Source: Dehalococcoidia bacterium
Lineage (GTDB): Bacteria > Chloroflexota > Dehalococcoidia > Dehalococcoidales > UBA1222
Length of the DNA: 64,000 nt
Assembly (NCBI GenBank): GCA_003597995.1
Contig: QZJY01000016.1
Span: 751 to 64,750, forward strand
Reading direction: 5' to 3'
Shown here: piece after piece, positions 27,998-36,733 of the stretch
Layout: the number at the start of each line of letters is the position of its first letter
How positions within the stretch are numbered: the first letter of the stretch is position 1
Program-made: the position numbers and the translations under genes
Notes under the pieces: generated by a model
Database searches by the model: none
Told to the model about the DNA's origin: nothing
Seen by the model: the letters and a program-made list of their open reading frames with translations, nothing else

Positions 27998-28813
27998 ATG
28001 CCCGAACTGCCCGAAGTCGAGACCATCAAGAACGAGCTCGCCCCCCTCGTCACCGGCCGCCGCATTAAATCGGTGGAGTTCCTGTGGGCCAAAACGCTGC
28101 TCTCCCCCTCTATGGCCGAGTTCGAGCCGAGGGTCAAGGGCAGGACTATCGCCTCTCTCGACAGGCGCGGCAAATACCTCATCATGCGGCTGGACAGCGG
28201 CGACTCGATTCTGGTGCACCTGCGCATGACAGGTTCTTTCCTGGTGAGCCGCGAGAGAACGCCGCCCGATAGCCACACCCGCGCCGTAATCCACCTCGAC
28301 GACGGCTCGAACATGTTTTTTATAGACCCGCGCAAGTTCGGCAAGTTCCAACTGGTCAAGGACGAGAACGTGGAAGTCCTGAATAAACTGGGGCCTGAGC
28401 CGCTGTCCACCGCATTTACTTCTGAATCTCTCGCGGCACGGCTGGCGGGACACAAGATTCCAGTCAAGGCGGTGCTGGTGGACCAGGAGGTCGTCGCTGG
28501 CATCGGCAACATGTACGCTGACGAAGCTCTTTATGAAGCGCGCATTCACCCTTTGCGGACGGCGGACAGTTTATCGGGTGAAGACATAAAGCGCCTGCAT
28601 CGTGCCATCAGGCACGTATTAAAGAAGGCCATTGACAACAAAGGGGCCAGCATCGCCAACTACTTCCGCCCGGACGGCGAACAAGGCACGGCCCATGAAG
28701 GATTTAAAGTGGCCCACCGCAGGGGAGAGGAATGTCCCGTCTGCGGCGGGCCGGTTGAGCGTATTGTGGTGCGCCAGCGCGGCACCTATTTCTGTCCCGG
28801 TTGCCAGACCTAG
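27998..28813 (+). CDS. mutM: formamidopyrimidine-DNA glycosylase
   Basis: 271 aa with N-terminal MPELPEVE and a C-terminal zinc finger CPVCGGPV..CPGCQ. Confidence 0.95.
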   Translation: MPELPEVETIKNELAPLVTGRRIKSVEFLWAKTLLSPSMAEFEPRVKGRTIASLDRRGKYLIMRLDSGDSILVHLRMTGSFLVSRERTPPDSHTRAVIHLDDGSNMFFIDPRKFGKFQLVKDENVEVLNKLGPEPLSTAFTSESLAARLAGHKIPVKAVLVDQEVVAGIGNMYADEALYEARIHPLRTADSLSGEDIKRLHRAIRHVLKKAIDNKGASIANYFRPDGEQGTAHEGFKVAHRRGEECPVCGGPVERIVVRQRGTYFCPGCQT

Positions 28814-29415
28814 GGCTCGAAGCGGAACGGCGGGTATTCGTCACGCATCAGCGCGGCATAGGCATAAACGCGATAGACCCAGCGGTTCATGCCGACGATG
28901 AACTTGAACAGGTCTTCGGGATATTTACCGGTGAACAGCACGATGAATCCGCAGACAATTGACAGGATGAAGGTCAACCCCACCGTGTTCCTCCCGCCCT
29001 GGAAGATGGCAACGATAATATAATGCGGGATGGCCAGCAGCCACCACTTGACCAGCACCAGCCCTTGCGATAATTTTTCAGGATATTCCACGTCCAGGTC
29101 GGCCGGATAGCCCCCCTTATCCAGGCTGAAAGGCGGATATTTATCGGTTCCGAGGGCCTGATAGCTGTAAAAACCCACACGCCAGCTCCAGCGCATGACA
29201 CCCACGTTGAAATCGAATACGCCGCGCGGATATTTACCCGTAAAAAGGATGGCGAAAAAGGCGTAAACGGTGGCGAAGAAAGCGGCGATGCTCAGGAAGG
29301 CCAGGATAATATAATGCGGGATGGCCAGCAGCCATTTGAAGAGCCATTGCCATTGTCCTGGAGGATCCGAGAGTTCACCTGTGACGGTTATCGGATAGGG
29401 TTTTACGTCTGCCAT
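28810..29415 (-). CDS. DUF4389-like membrane protein (two tandem repeats)
   Basis: 201 aa with the motif WLLAIPHYII twice, each followed by FTGKYP. Confidence 0.55.
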   Translation of the reverse strand: MADVKPYPITVTGELSDPPGQWQWLFKWLLAIPHYIILAFLSIAAFFATVYAFFAILFTGKYPRGVFDFNVGVMRWSWRVGFYSYQALGTDKYPPFSLDKGGYPADLDVEYPEKLSQGLVLVKWWLLAIPHYIIVAIFQGGRNTVGLTFILSIVCGFIVLFTGKYPEDLFKFIVGMNRWVYRVYAYAALMRDEYPPFRFEP

Positions 29416-29560
29416 TCGAACCTCCTGTTTAAACTTTTACTCTAGCATAAATTACTCCCCGCTGTTTTTGATGTCAATGGCCGCTAGACGGGGGAAAAGC
29501 AGTACTTGAGTATAGACAGTTCAGGTGCTGCGGATTTCTTTCCGGGAAAGGATTATATAA

Positions 29561-29600
29561 GATGGTGGGCGCACCAGCGCCCACCATCTTATTCTTTTTT
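29561..29600. terminator. strong hairpin, probably a bidirectional terminator (catalase on one side)
   Basis: gatggtgggcgc-acca-gcgcccaccatc. A T run follows on the plus strand and an A run precedes the hairpin. Confidence 0.55.
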
Positions 29601-29642
29601 GCAAAACAGATTTATGGTCTTAATATAGGGTGCAGTTGTCCG

Positions 29643-31091
29643 TTATAGTTTAAGTCCCTTTGCTACAGCCTGGCCTAACGCCTTGTCGGCCTTGGTCAGG
29701 TTGTCAATCATGCGTTTCTGTATTGGTTTATTAATGTTCATCAAGTCAGCGATGAGATTGTCTACCATGTGCTCCTGGTCCATTTTGTTCAGAGAGCGGT
29801 ATCTTTCTCCCGCCTGTGCGAAATCATTGGTTAAACTTATCTTCTGGCGAACTGCTGCTCCTTCGACTTGATATACGCGCGGTGTACCCTCTTCACGGGA
29901 CTCCCGGGGCATGCCGCCGGCCAGGCTATTGGGTTCGTAGGCGACGGGGCCGCTGAACTGGCCGGTCTGCATCGCGCCGTCCCTCTGATTATTGTTAACC
30001 GGCACTACAGGGCGGTTCACGCCAAGCTGGAGGTAGTTCGCTCCGAGCCGATGGCGCTGAGTATCGGCATACGAGAATGTCCGGCCTTGCAAAAGTTTGT
30101 CCGCGGAAAAGTCAATTCCGGGAACGATGCTGGCGGGGCAGAAAGCCGCCTGTTCCACTTCGACGAAAAAATTATCCGGATTACGGTTTAACACCATTTT
30201 GCCGACCGGCATCAGCGGGAATTTGTTTTCAGGCCAGGTCTTGGTAGGGTCCAGAGGGTCAAAATCCTGTTTTAACTCGTCGGCTATATCCATCAGCTGT
30301 ACATTAAGCTCGTACTCGACCTCTTCCCCCCTGGCGATGGCGTCGTGAAGGTCGCGCACAAGGTAATCGGGGTCGGTACCAGCCATGCGGGTGGCTTCGT
30401 GGCGGTCCAGGTTTTGCACGCCCAGACTGGGTTTCCAGTGGTATTTCACGTACACTGCTTTCCCGGCGGCATTCACCCATACATAGGTATTGACGCCAAA
30501 GCCTTCTTGCATGCGGTAACTTTTCGGCGTACCGCGGTCGGAAAAAAGCCAGGTTATCATATGGGTTGATTCCGGGGTCAGAGATATGAAGTCCCAGAAA
30601 CTGTTATGGGCGGAAGAAGCGGACGGCATGTTGGTATCCGGTTCCCCCTTGAAGGCGTGAACCATATCCGGAAACTTGATGGCGTCCCGAATGAAAAATA
30701 CCGGGAGGTTATTCCCGACCAGATCGTAGTTGCCGTCCTCGGTATAGAATTTCACGGCAAAGCCGCGGGGGTCCCGGACGGTATCCGCCGAGCCCCGGCC
30801 TCCGGTGACGGTGGAGAAGCGCACGAACACCGGTGTCTTTTTCACGGGATCCTGAAGAAATTTCGCCTTAGTGTAAGGACCCATGCCCTTGTATACCTGG
30901 AAGTAGCCGTGTGCCCCTGCCCCTTTGGCATGGACAACCCTCTCGGGGATACGTTCACGGTCGAAGTGAGCCATCTTCTCGATGAACTGGACATCCTGCA
31001 GCAGCACCGGCCCGCGTTGTCCGGCGGTTAAAGAGTTTTGATTGTCGGTAACCGGTACGCCTTGATTTGTTGTAAGATTTTTGTTTTCCAT
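29643..31091 (-). CDS. monofunctional heme catalase
   Basis: 482 aa with FDRERIPERVVHAKGAGAHG and RLGANY. The size fits small-subunit catalases. Confidence 0.95.
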   Translation of the reverse strand: MENKNLTTNQGVPVTDNQNSLTAGQRGPVLLQDVQFIEKMAHFDRERIPERVVHAKGAGAHGYFQVYKGMGPYTKAKFLQDPVKKTPVFVRFSTVTGGRGSADTVRDPRGFAVKFYTEDGNYDLVGNNLPVFFIRDAIKFPDMVHAFKGEPDTNMPSASSAHNSFWDFISLTPESTHMITWLFSDRGTPKSYRMQEGFGVNTYVWVNAAGKAVYVKYHWKPSLGVQNLDRHEATRMAGTDPDYLVRDLHDAIARGEEVEYELNVQLMDIADELKQDFDPLDPTKTWPENKFPLMPVGKMVLNRNPDNFFVEVEQAAFCPASIVPGIDFSADKLLQGRTFSYADTQRHRLGANYLQLGVNRPVVPVNNNQRDGAMQTGQFSGPVAYEPNSLAGGMPRESREEGTPRVYQVEGAAVRQKISLTNDFAQAGERYRSLNKMDQEHMVDNLIADLMNINKPIQKRMIDNLTKADKALGQAVAKGLKL

Positions 31092-31352
31092 CTTATGTGT
31101 CCCTCCTCAATTTGCGCATCGGGAAAATAAGGACTCAAAGAAGTATACTGATAAAACCATTACAAAATCATAAAACAGGGCTGGAAAATGTTAAAAAGTT
31201 AAAACAAATCTGGCATGATAAGATAACCGTAGAGGGACTTGATTGTCATTAAAATAAAACCAGGTTGATGTCAAGTGGCCAGGTCGACGGATATACTTAA
31301 CCGGCCGGAATCTGGGGACTATTCAGTTAAACTGGCTTTGAAACGCCGTCCA

Positions 31353-31361
31353 TGCTATAAT
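31353..31361 (+). promoter_or_regulatory. extended -10 promoter (TGCTATAAT) upstream of a small ORF
   Basis: Same 9-mer as at polA and rplU. It lies 32 nt upstream of the GTG at 31394. Confidence 0.45.
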
Positions 31362-31393
31362 TAGCTTTCAGTTGAACTAGATGGAGAGTAAAC

Positions 31394-31537
31394 GTGCCTA
31401 AAGCCGCAGCCAAGAAAATCGAAAAGCCCAATACCGATGCCGCCTCTTTTGTGGAGAATGCCGGTAAAAAAGGCACCGCCGTCAACGGCAGGCGCATCAA
31501 TTTCGGCTTCACCCGCCGCAAGCGCAAGGCTCACTAA
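31394..31537 (+). CDS. candidate 47-aa highly basic small protein (below the ORF-track size cutoff)
   Basis: GTG start with GGAGAG 6 nt upstream. Translation: VPKAAAKKIEKPNTDAASFVENAGKKGTAVNGRRINFGFTRRKRKAH. GC3-rich codons match the genome. Confidence 0.3.
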   Translation: MPKAAAKKIEKPNTDAASFVENAGKKGTAVNGRRINFGFTRRKRKAH

Positions 31538-31619
31538 AAGCCGGATATTGCCGGTCCGAGACCGGACGAAGCAGTGAGAATATCTTTTACCTTCCCTCTC
31601 CATCGAGGGGGAGGGTAAA

Positions 31620-32642
31620 TTATTTTTCGAACGGGTGCCCTTCCTTCTCGAAATTCGGCAAATAATTCTGCGGGGCGTCCATGCCCTGCACCCAGCCGTT
31701 TTCCAGCCCCGCCTCCTCCAGCGCCCGCATCACTTCGTCATATTCCGCCTGCGAGATGTGGCGATTTATCTCTGGGAAGCGTGAGGCGTGATGGGTGGGA
31801 TGATACTGGCTCATCATGCTGATGGTGACCTCCGGCGACACTTCCTGCGCCAGCCACTTTAGCGATTCTCTGCTGCCCGCGATATTTTCCGGCAGTATAA
31901 GGTGCCGCACTATTACTCCGCGCTGGGCTATCTCCTTCCCGTCCAGCATCAGCTCCCCTGTCTGCCTGAACATTTCTTTGATAGCCTGGCGCGAGATAGC
32001 GGTATAGTCCGGCGCGCTGGAGTACCTGACGGCTTTTTTATCGTCCGAGTACTTGATGTCCGGCAGGTAAATGTCCACGATGCCGTCCAGTTCCTTCAGC
32101 GTTTCGAGGCTGTCGTAGGCGTTGGTGTTATATACCAGAGGTATCTTCAGCCCCTTTGGAACAGCGATAGCCAGCGCTGACACTATCTGCGGCACGAAGT
32201 GCGAGGGCGACACCAGGTTGATATTATGGCAGCCCTGCGCCTGAAGCTCCAGCATGTAGCCCGCCAGCGTCTCGATGCTCACCTCGTTAGCTTTTTGCTT
32301 TTGCCAGTCCTGGCTTATCTGATGGTTCTGGCAGAAAACGCAGCGCAGGTTGCAGTTGCCGAAAAAGATGGTTCCCGAGCCGCGCGTGCCCGATATGGCC
32401 GGTTCTTCTCCCCGGTGGGCGCAGTAAGAGGCTACGATGGGGAGAGCTCCCGAATGGCAGAAATCCCGCTCTCCCTCGAGCCTGTTGACGCCGCATTTGC
32501 GCGGGCAGATGTCGCAGGAAGCCAGGCGGGCGGTCAGGCGGGCGGCGCGTTTGGAGAGTTCGCCGGCGCTAAAAAGAGAAATGTAGGAAGGAATAATATT
32601 GTTGAGCTTATCAGCGTGAATTAAAATCTTTTCGGAATTCAT
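31620..32642 (-). CDS. radical SAM protein, PflX-like (COG1313-type pyruvate formate-lyase activase homolog)
   Basis: 340 aa with CDICPRKCGVNR followed by the radical SAM cluster motif CNLRCVFCQN. Confidence 0.7.
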   Translation of the reverse strand: MNSEKILIHADKLNNIIPSYISLFSAGELSKRAARLTARLASCDICPRKCGVNRLEGERDFCHSGALPIVASYCAHRGEEPAISGTRGSGTIFFGNCNLRCVFCQNHQISQDWQKQKANEVSIETLAGYMLELQAQGCHNINLVSPSHFVPQIVSALAIAVPKGLKIPLVYNTNAYDSLETLKELDGIVDIYLPDIKYSDDKKAVRYSSAPDYTAISRQAIKEMFRQTGELMLDGKEIAQRGVIVRHLILPENIAGSRESLKWLAQEVSPEVTISMMSQYHPTHHASRFPEINRHISQAEYDEVMRALEEAGLENGWVQGMDAPQNYLPNFEKEGHPFEK

Positions 32643-33069
32643 CTAACCAGCCCCACCACATGAACGGTGAGCCATCCTTAATTCGTTTGCTAATTTTATC
32701 AAGAGGTACTAAACAAAATTGATCAACCTCAAATTGTTCATCTAATTTTATAGCTACAAGGCAATCCCAGTCTTTATTAATGATACCTTTTACCGGGCTA
32801 CCTCTTCCACTTTCATTCCATCTGGACATAGTCTTGACTGATAATTTTTGTCCATCGCCAAGCACAATATCGTATGGTGACACTCTGCTTGGCGCCAATT
32901 CTGGCTTGGCACTCAAGAAGTAGCGCATAGTCCAATATTCACCGATATCCCCCACATGATTATCGTTTCCTATAAACCATTTACCCTTATATTTAGAAAA
33001 CACTTTGCGTGCTTCGGCGAAATGCTTAAATCCCTGTCGAATTTCTTCATGTTCTGCATTCATATTCAT
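32611..33069 (-). CDS. small PD-(D/E)XK-like (restriction-endonuclease-fold) protein of unknown function
   Basis: 152 aa, strongly AT-rich, with GDIGEYW..YDIVLGDGQKLSVKT..WDCLVAIKLDE. It has an ATGA overlap with the upstream gene and a 32-nt overlap with the PflX start. Confidence 0.5.
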   Translation of the reverse strand: MNMNAEHEEIRQGFKHFAEARKVFSKYKGKWFIGNDNHVGDIGEYWTMRYFLSAKPELAPSRVSPYDIVLGDGQKLSVKTMSRWNESGRGSPVKGIINKDWDCLVAIKLDEQFEVDQFCLVPLDKISKRIKDGSPFMWWGWLDEFRKDFNSR

Positions 33070-33662
33070 CTCTTCCCACTCCTCAGCTTCAACTCGACGC
33101 CCGATTTCGCCGCCACTCCGTTGAACGCCTCCCTGACCACTTTGGCCTTGTCTTTGGGTGTCATCCCCGCCGTTATCTTTTTCTCCGCCTGCGTCAACGC
33201 GGGTTTGAGCTTATCCAGCGGCAGAAGCTGCACGCTCAGGCAGTAGAAGGTCTTGCTGCGTCCGTCGTTATAATCCGCAAGGAGTGTTTTGAGGAAGGCG
33301 ATTTTTTCATTTTCGCGCGCAGACCACTTCTCGATGCTGTTCTTGCGCACAAACTCGAAATTGGCGGCTATCGGGATGTAAGAAATCGTAGAATCGGCGT
33401 GCTTGGCCTGCTCCAGGTGTTTCATCACGCGGGGGCAGAACTCGAACTCGTTGCACTGGCCGCAGGTGTCCAGTCCCCTCTGCTTGACGCAGCAGGTGAT
33501 GAAGGGGCAGCCAGGGTGGGCATCCCAGAAACCCTCGCCGCAGCAGCCGGGGCAGCCGGATTTGGTATCCCGGTGGTGGCTGGGACACAGCCCGCAGTCC
33601 AGCCCGCAAGCGCCGATTGCCGGGTATTTTTTCAAAGGATGGTTGTTAGATTGAGCTTTCAT
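33066..33662 (-). CDS. DUF3795-like Cys-rich protein
   Basis: 198 aa with N-terminal ACGLDCGLCP..CPGCCG..CPFITCC..CGQCNEFEFCP. Confidence 0.55.
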   Translation of the reverse strand: MKAQSNNHPLKKYPAIGACGLDCGLCPSHHRDTKSGCPGCCGEGFWDAHPGCPFITCCVKQRGLDTCGQCNEFEFCPRVMKHLEQAKHADSTISYIPIAANFEFVRKNSIEKWSARENEKIAFLKTLLADYNDGRSKTFYCLSVQLLPLDKLKPALTQAEKKITAGMTPKDKAKVVREAFNGVAAKSGVELKLRSGKR

Positions 33663-33673
33663 TCGTTATCCAT

Positions 33674-33822
33674 AGCACCAAATTCTAAGCACTAAGCACT
33701 AAGCACTAAGCACCAAATCCTAAACAAATACAAAGGACAAAACCCTAAATTCAAATCGTGATTTTGATATTGTTATTTTGAATTTATTTAGTATTTAGAT
33801 ATTAGAATTTAGAATTTTTAGT
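33674..33822. repeat. AT-rich intergenic element, longest copy, with a 4-unit CTAAGCA tandem tract (33685-33712)
   Basis: Its reverse complement aligns end to end with the copy at 15333-15447. The right arm supplies the last codons and the stop of gltX. Confidence 0.8.
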
Positions 33823-35261
33823 TTGTCTATAGCCTTCTCAATCCGTTTGAGGCATACTTTCTGCCCCAGCACCTCCATCGTCTGAAAGAGGGGGGGCGTG
33901 GCGGTGAGTCCGGTGACGGCGGTGCGCAGCGCCCCGAAAAGCTGCCCGGCTTTCACACCTATCTCGTCGGCCAGGGGGCGCAGTATGCTTTCGAGCGTGC
34001 CGGCGTCGAAAGCTGCCAGCTCATCGAGCTTGACCCGCGCCACTTCGAGCATCCCCAGCGTCGCTTTCTTATCCAGCTTTTTATCTATGAGCAGCTCCGC
34101 CGGATAATCTATTTCATCCACGAAAAAGAACCAGGTAAGCTCTTTTGCGGCCACTTCACCGAGGGTTTTGGCGCGCTCCTGCACGAGTGGCAGCACCCGT
34201 TTGACATAATCAAAGTCCAGCGGTCTCTTTACCTCCGGCGGTAGTTCTCTCTCCAGGAAGGGCAGCGCGCGGCAGGCGAACTCTTCCGCGCTCAGTTTGC
34301 GCATATAAACGCCGTCCATCCAGTCCAGCTTCTCCTTGTTGAAGATGGCGGACGTCTGGCTGATGCGCTCGATGGAGAAATTCTTAATCAGCTCGTCTTT
34401 TGAGAAAAGCTCCGTCTTGTCGTCCAGCGCCCAGCCCAGCAACGCCAGGAAATTGGCCATAGCCTCCGGCAGATAGCCCTGCTCCTTGTATTCCAGGATG
34501 GAAACTGCGCCGTGCCTTTTGGAGAGCTTGCTTCTATCGCTTCCCAGGATGATGGGTAAATGGGCGAAGAGGGGAGGGGTGAAGCCGAAGGCGTTGTACA
34601 GCATGAGATGGCGCGGCGTGCTGGAGAGCCATTCCTCGGCGCGCAGGACATGGCTTATTTCCATCATGTGGTCGTCGATGACGTTGGCCAGGTGGTAGGT
34701 CGGATAGCCGTCGCTCTTGAGCAGCACGAAGTCATCCAGCGTGGCGTTTTCGAAAGTGACTTCGCTGCGGATGAGGTCGTGGAAAGTAGTTCTGGCCTCA
34801 AGCGGCGTTTTGAAACGTATGACGGCGCCCTGGGCGGCCTCCAGCCCCATGTCGCGACAGCAGCGGTCATAGCCGGGCGGCTGCTTTCTGGCCGTCTGCT
34901 CGGCGCGCATCTTCTCCAGCCGTTCGGAAGAACAATGGCAGTAGTAAGCGTAGCCGTGCTCCACCAGCCCCTCGGCCAGTCTCTGGTAAGTCTCCAGCCG
35001 CTGCGATTGGAAATACGGGCCGAACTTGCCGCTGACTTCCGGACCCTCGTCCCAGTCTATGCCTAACCACCTGAGCCCCTCCAGGATGCCCTCCAGCGCT
35101 CCCGGCACGGTGCGTGCCACATCCGTATCTTCGATGCGCACAATGAACGAACCGCCCATATGGCGCGCGAAGAGCCAGTTGAAAAAGGCGGTGCGTATAT
35201 TGCCCACATGGGGCAGACCGGTGGGGCTGGGGGCGTAGCGGACGCGGACAGGTGCGGTCAT
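33795..35261 (-). CDS. gltX: glutamate--tRNA ligase
   Basis: Starts MTAPVRVRYAPSPTGLPHVGN (HIGH region) and has the KLSKR (KMSKS) motif. The ORF track start at 35399 is rejected. Confidence 0.95.
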   Translation of the reverse strand: MTAPVRVRYAPSPTGLPHVGNIRTAFFNWLFARHMGGSFIVRIEDTDVARTVPGALEGILEGLRWLGIDWDEGPEVSGKFGPYFQSQRLETYQRLAEGLVEHGYAYYCHCSSERLEKMRAEQTARKQPPGYDRCCRDMGLEAAQGAVIRFKTPLEARTTFHDLIRSEVTFENATLDDFVLLKSDGYPTYHLANVIDDHMMEISHVLRAEEWLSSTPRHLMLYNAFGFTPPLFAHLPIILGSDRSKLSKRHGAVSILEYKEQGYLPEAMANFLALLGWALDDKTELFSKDELIKNFSIERISQTSAIFNKEKLDWMDGVYMRKLSAEEFACRALPFLERELPPEVKRPLDFDYVKRVLPLVQERAKTLGEVAAKELTWFFFVDEIDYPAELLIDKKLDKKATLGMLEVARVKLDELAAFDAGTLESILRPLADEIGVKAGQLFGALRTAVTGLTATPPLFQTMEVLGQKVCLKRIEKAIDKLKILNSNI

Positions 35262-35286
35262 TTGTATCGCTCCTTGAAGTGCTGTT

Positions 35287-35784
35287 TTAGCTTGCGCTCG
35301 GTCTGGGGCTGGCCAGGGCCGTCTGGGTGCGGGTGGGTTCCGGCAGCTTGACCACCACCGTGTCGGCAATCTTGTCGTGGATGCCCTGCTTGCGCGCATC
35401 TAATGCAATCCACAGGAAGCCGATCCCCAGCATCAGGCCGCAGACGATGTATCCCAGGTAGCGTAGTAGCGCGTACCCTATGGTAATATTGCTGCCGTCG
35501 CCGCGCAAAACCTTTATGTTCATTACCATCTTGCCCAGAGTCTGGCCGCGCCATACCCAAAAACCGACGGTGTAAGCCACCGTGATAGCCGTGGAGGCCA
35601 GGTTCGAAATTGCCGCGAGGAATATAAAGAACCAGGCATTCTGGAGATTCCAGAAACTCTGGAATGGGAAAAGGACGCGCACCACAAGGCTGAGAATGAG
35701 TGCGTCTATGAAAAAGGCGGCGAAGCGGCGCCAGAAACCGGCGTATTCCAGCGCGTGCGCGCCCGTTGTTTGCTCCATGCTCAA
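35287..35784 (-). CDS. RDD family membrane protein
   Basis: 165 aa with YAGFWRRFAAFFIDALIL, GQTLGKMVMNIKV and GIHDKIADTVVV. Confidence 0.7.
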   Translation of the reverse strand: MSMEQTTGAHALEYAGFWRRFAAFFIDALILSLVVRVLFPFQSFWNLQNAWFFIFLAAISNLASTAITVAYTVGFWVWRGQTLGKMVMNIKVLRGDGSNITIGYALLRYLGYIVCGLMLGIGFLWIALDARKQGIHDKIADTVVVKLPEPTRTQTALASPRPSAS

Positions 35785-35865
35785 TCTCCTCGAACGAACG
35801 CCATATTATACAACATACAGGGAAGGAGATGGGGATGTGCTTTGAGTTAACTCAAGCTGAGAGAG

Positions 35866-36732
35866 CTATTCCATCTCCAAGCTGAAGTCGAGTGCCTTCA
35901 CCGAGTGCGTCAGCGCCCCGATGGAGATGATATCCACGCCGGTTTCGGCCACCTCGCGCACGTTCTCCAGCGTGATACCGCCGGATGCCTCGAAACGCAC
36001 TCTGCCTTTAAGCCGCTCCACAGTGTTTTTCATGTCGGCCACGCTCATGTTGTCCAGCAGAAGCATGTCGGCACCCGCTGCGGCAGCCTCGATGGCCTCG
36101 GCCATATTGTTGACCTCGACCTCGATTTTCAGGCCGGACCTGTTGCGCTCTTTAGCCCGGTTGACTATCTGACCCAGGCTCAACCCCGAGCGGCGGAGCG
36201 CGGCGATGTGGTTGTCCTTGATGAGTATGCCGTCGGCCAGGTTCAGGCGGTGGTTCCGGCCGCCCCCACACGATACGGCGTGCTTTTCCAGCAGGCGCTG
36301 GCCGGCGGAGGTCTTGCGCGTGTCCACTATGCTTACCGGCAATCCAGCGACCCTCTCGACGTAGCGCGACGCGGTGGTGGCTATGCCGCTGAGGTGGCAC
36401 ACGAAATTCATGGCGGTGCGTTCGGCGGCGAGAATACTGCGGGCGCGCCCGCGCACTACAGCCGCTATGTCGCCGTGGACAAGTCTGCTGCTGTCGTGCT
36501 TGAGAATCTCGACTCTGAGTTTTTTATCCACGCGCTCAAAGACTGCCTTGAATACCTCGACACCGGCCAGAATTCCCTCGGCTTTGGCTAGCAGCGTAGC
36601 TGTGGCATCGAGGTCTTCGGGAATGACCAGCTTGCTGGTAACGTCGTCCGCGACACGGTCTTCTGCCAGCGCCAGGGCGATTATCTGCCTGACTTCCTTT
36701 TGAGCCATCAGGGATTTTGTTGTATCGTCCAT
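35866..36732 (-). CDS. nadC: nicotinate-nucleotide diphosphorylase (carboxylating)
   Basis: The ATG at 36732 lies 1 nt after the nadB stop. Typical TRKT, LLDN and ASGGI motifs are present. Confidence 0.9.
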   Translation of the reverse strand: MDDTTKSLMAQKEVRQIIALALAEDRVADDVTSKLVIPEDLDATATLLAKAEGILAGVEVFKAVFERVDKKLRVEILKHDSSRLVHGDIAAVVRGRARSILAAERTAMNFVCHLSGIATTASRYVERVAGLPVSIVDTRKTSAGQRLLEKHAVSCGGGRNHRLNLADGILIKDNHIAALRRSGLSLGQIVNRAKERNRSGLKIEVEVNNMAEAIEAAAAGADMLLLDNMSVADMKNTVERLKGRVRFEASGGITLENVREVAETGVDIISIGALTHSVKALDFSLEME

Positions 36733-36733
36733 A

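Noticed and set aside
31327-31603. Minus-strand ORFs 31327-31527 and 31361-31603.
   Set aside because: They have no RBS, they overlap each other, and they lie antisense to a better-supported plus-strand small ORF that has a promoter and a Shine-Dalgarno sequence.
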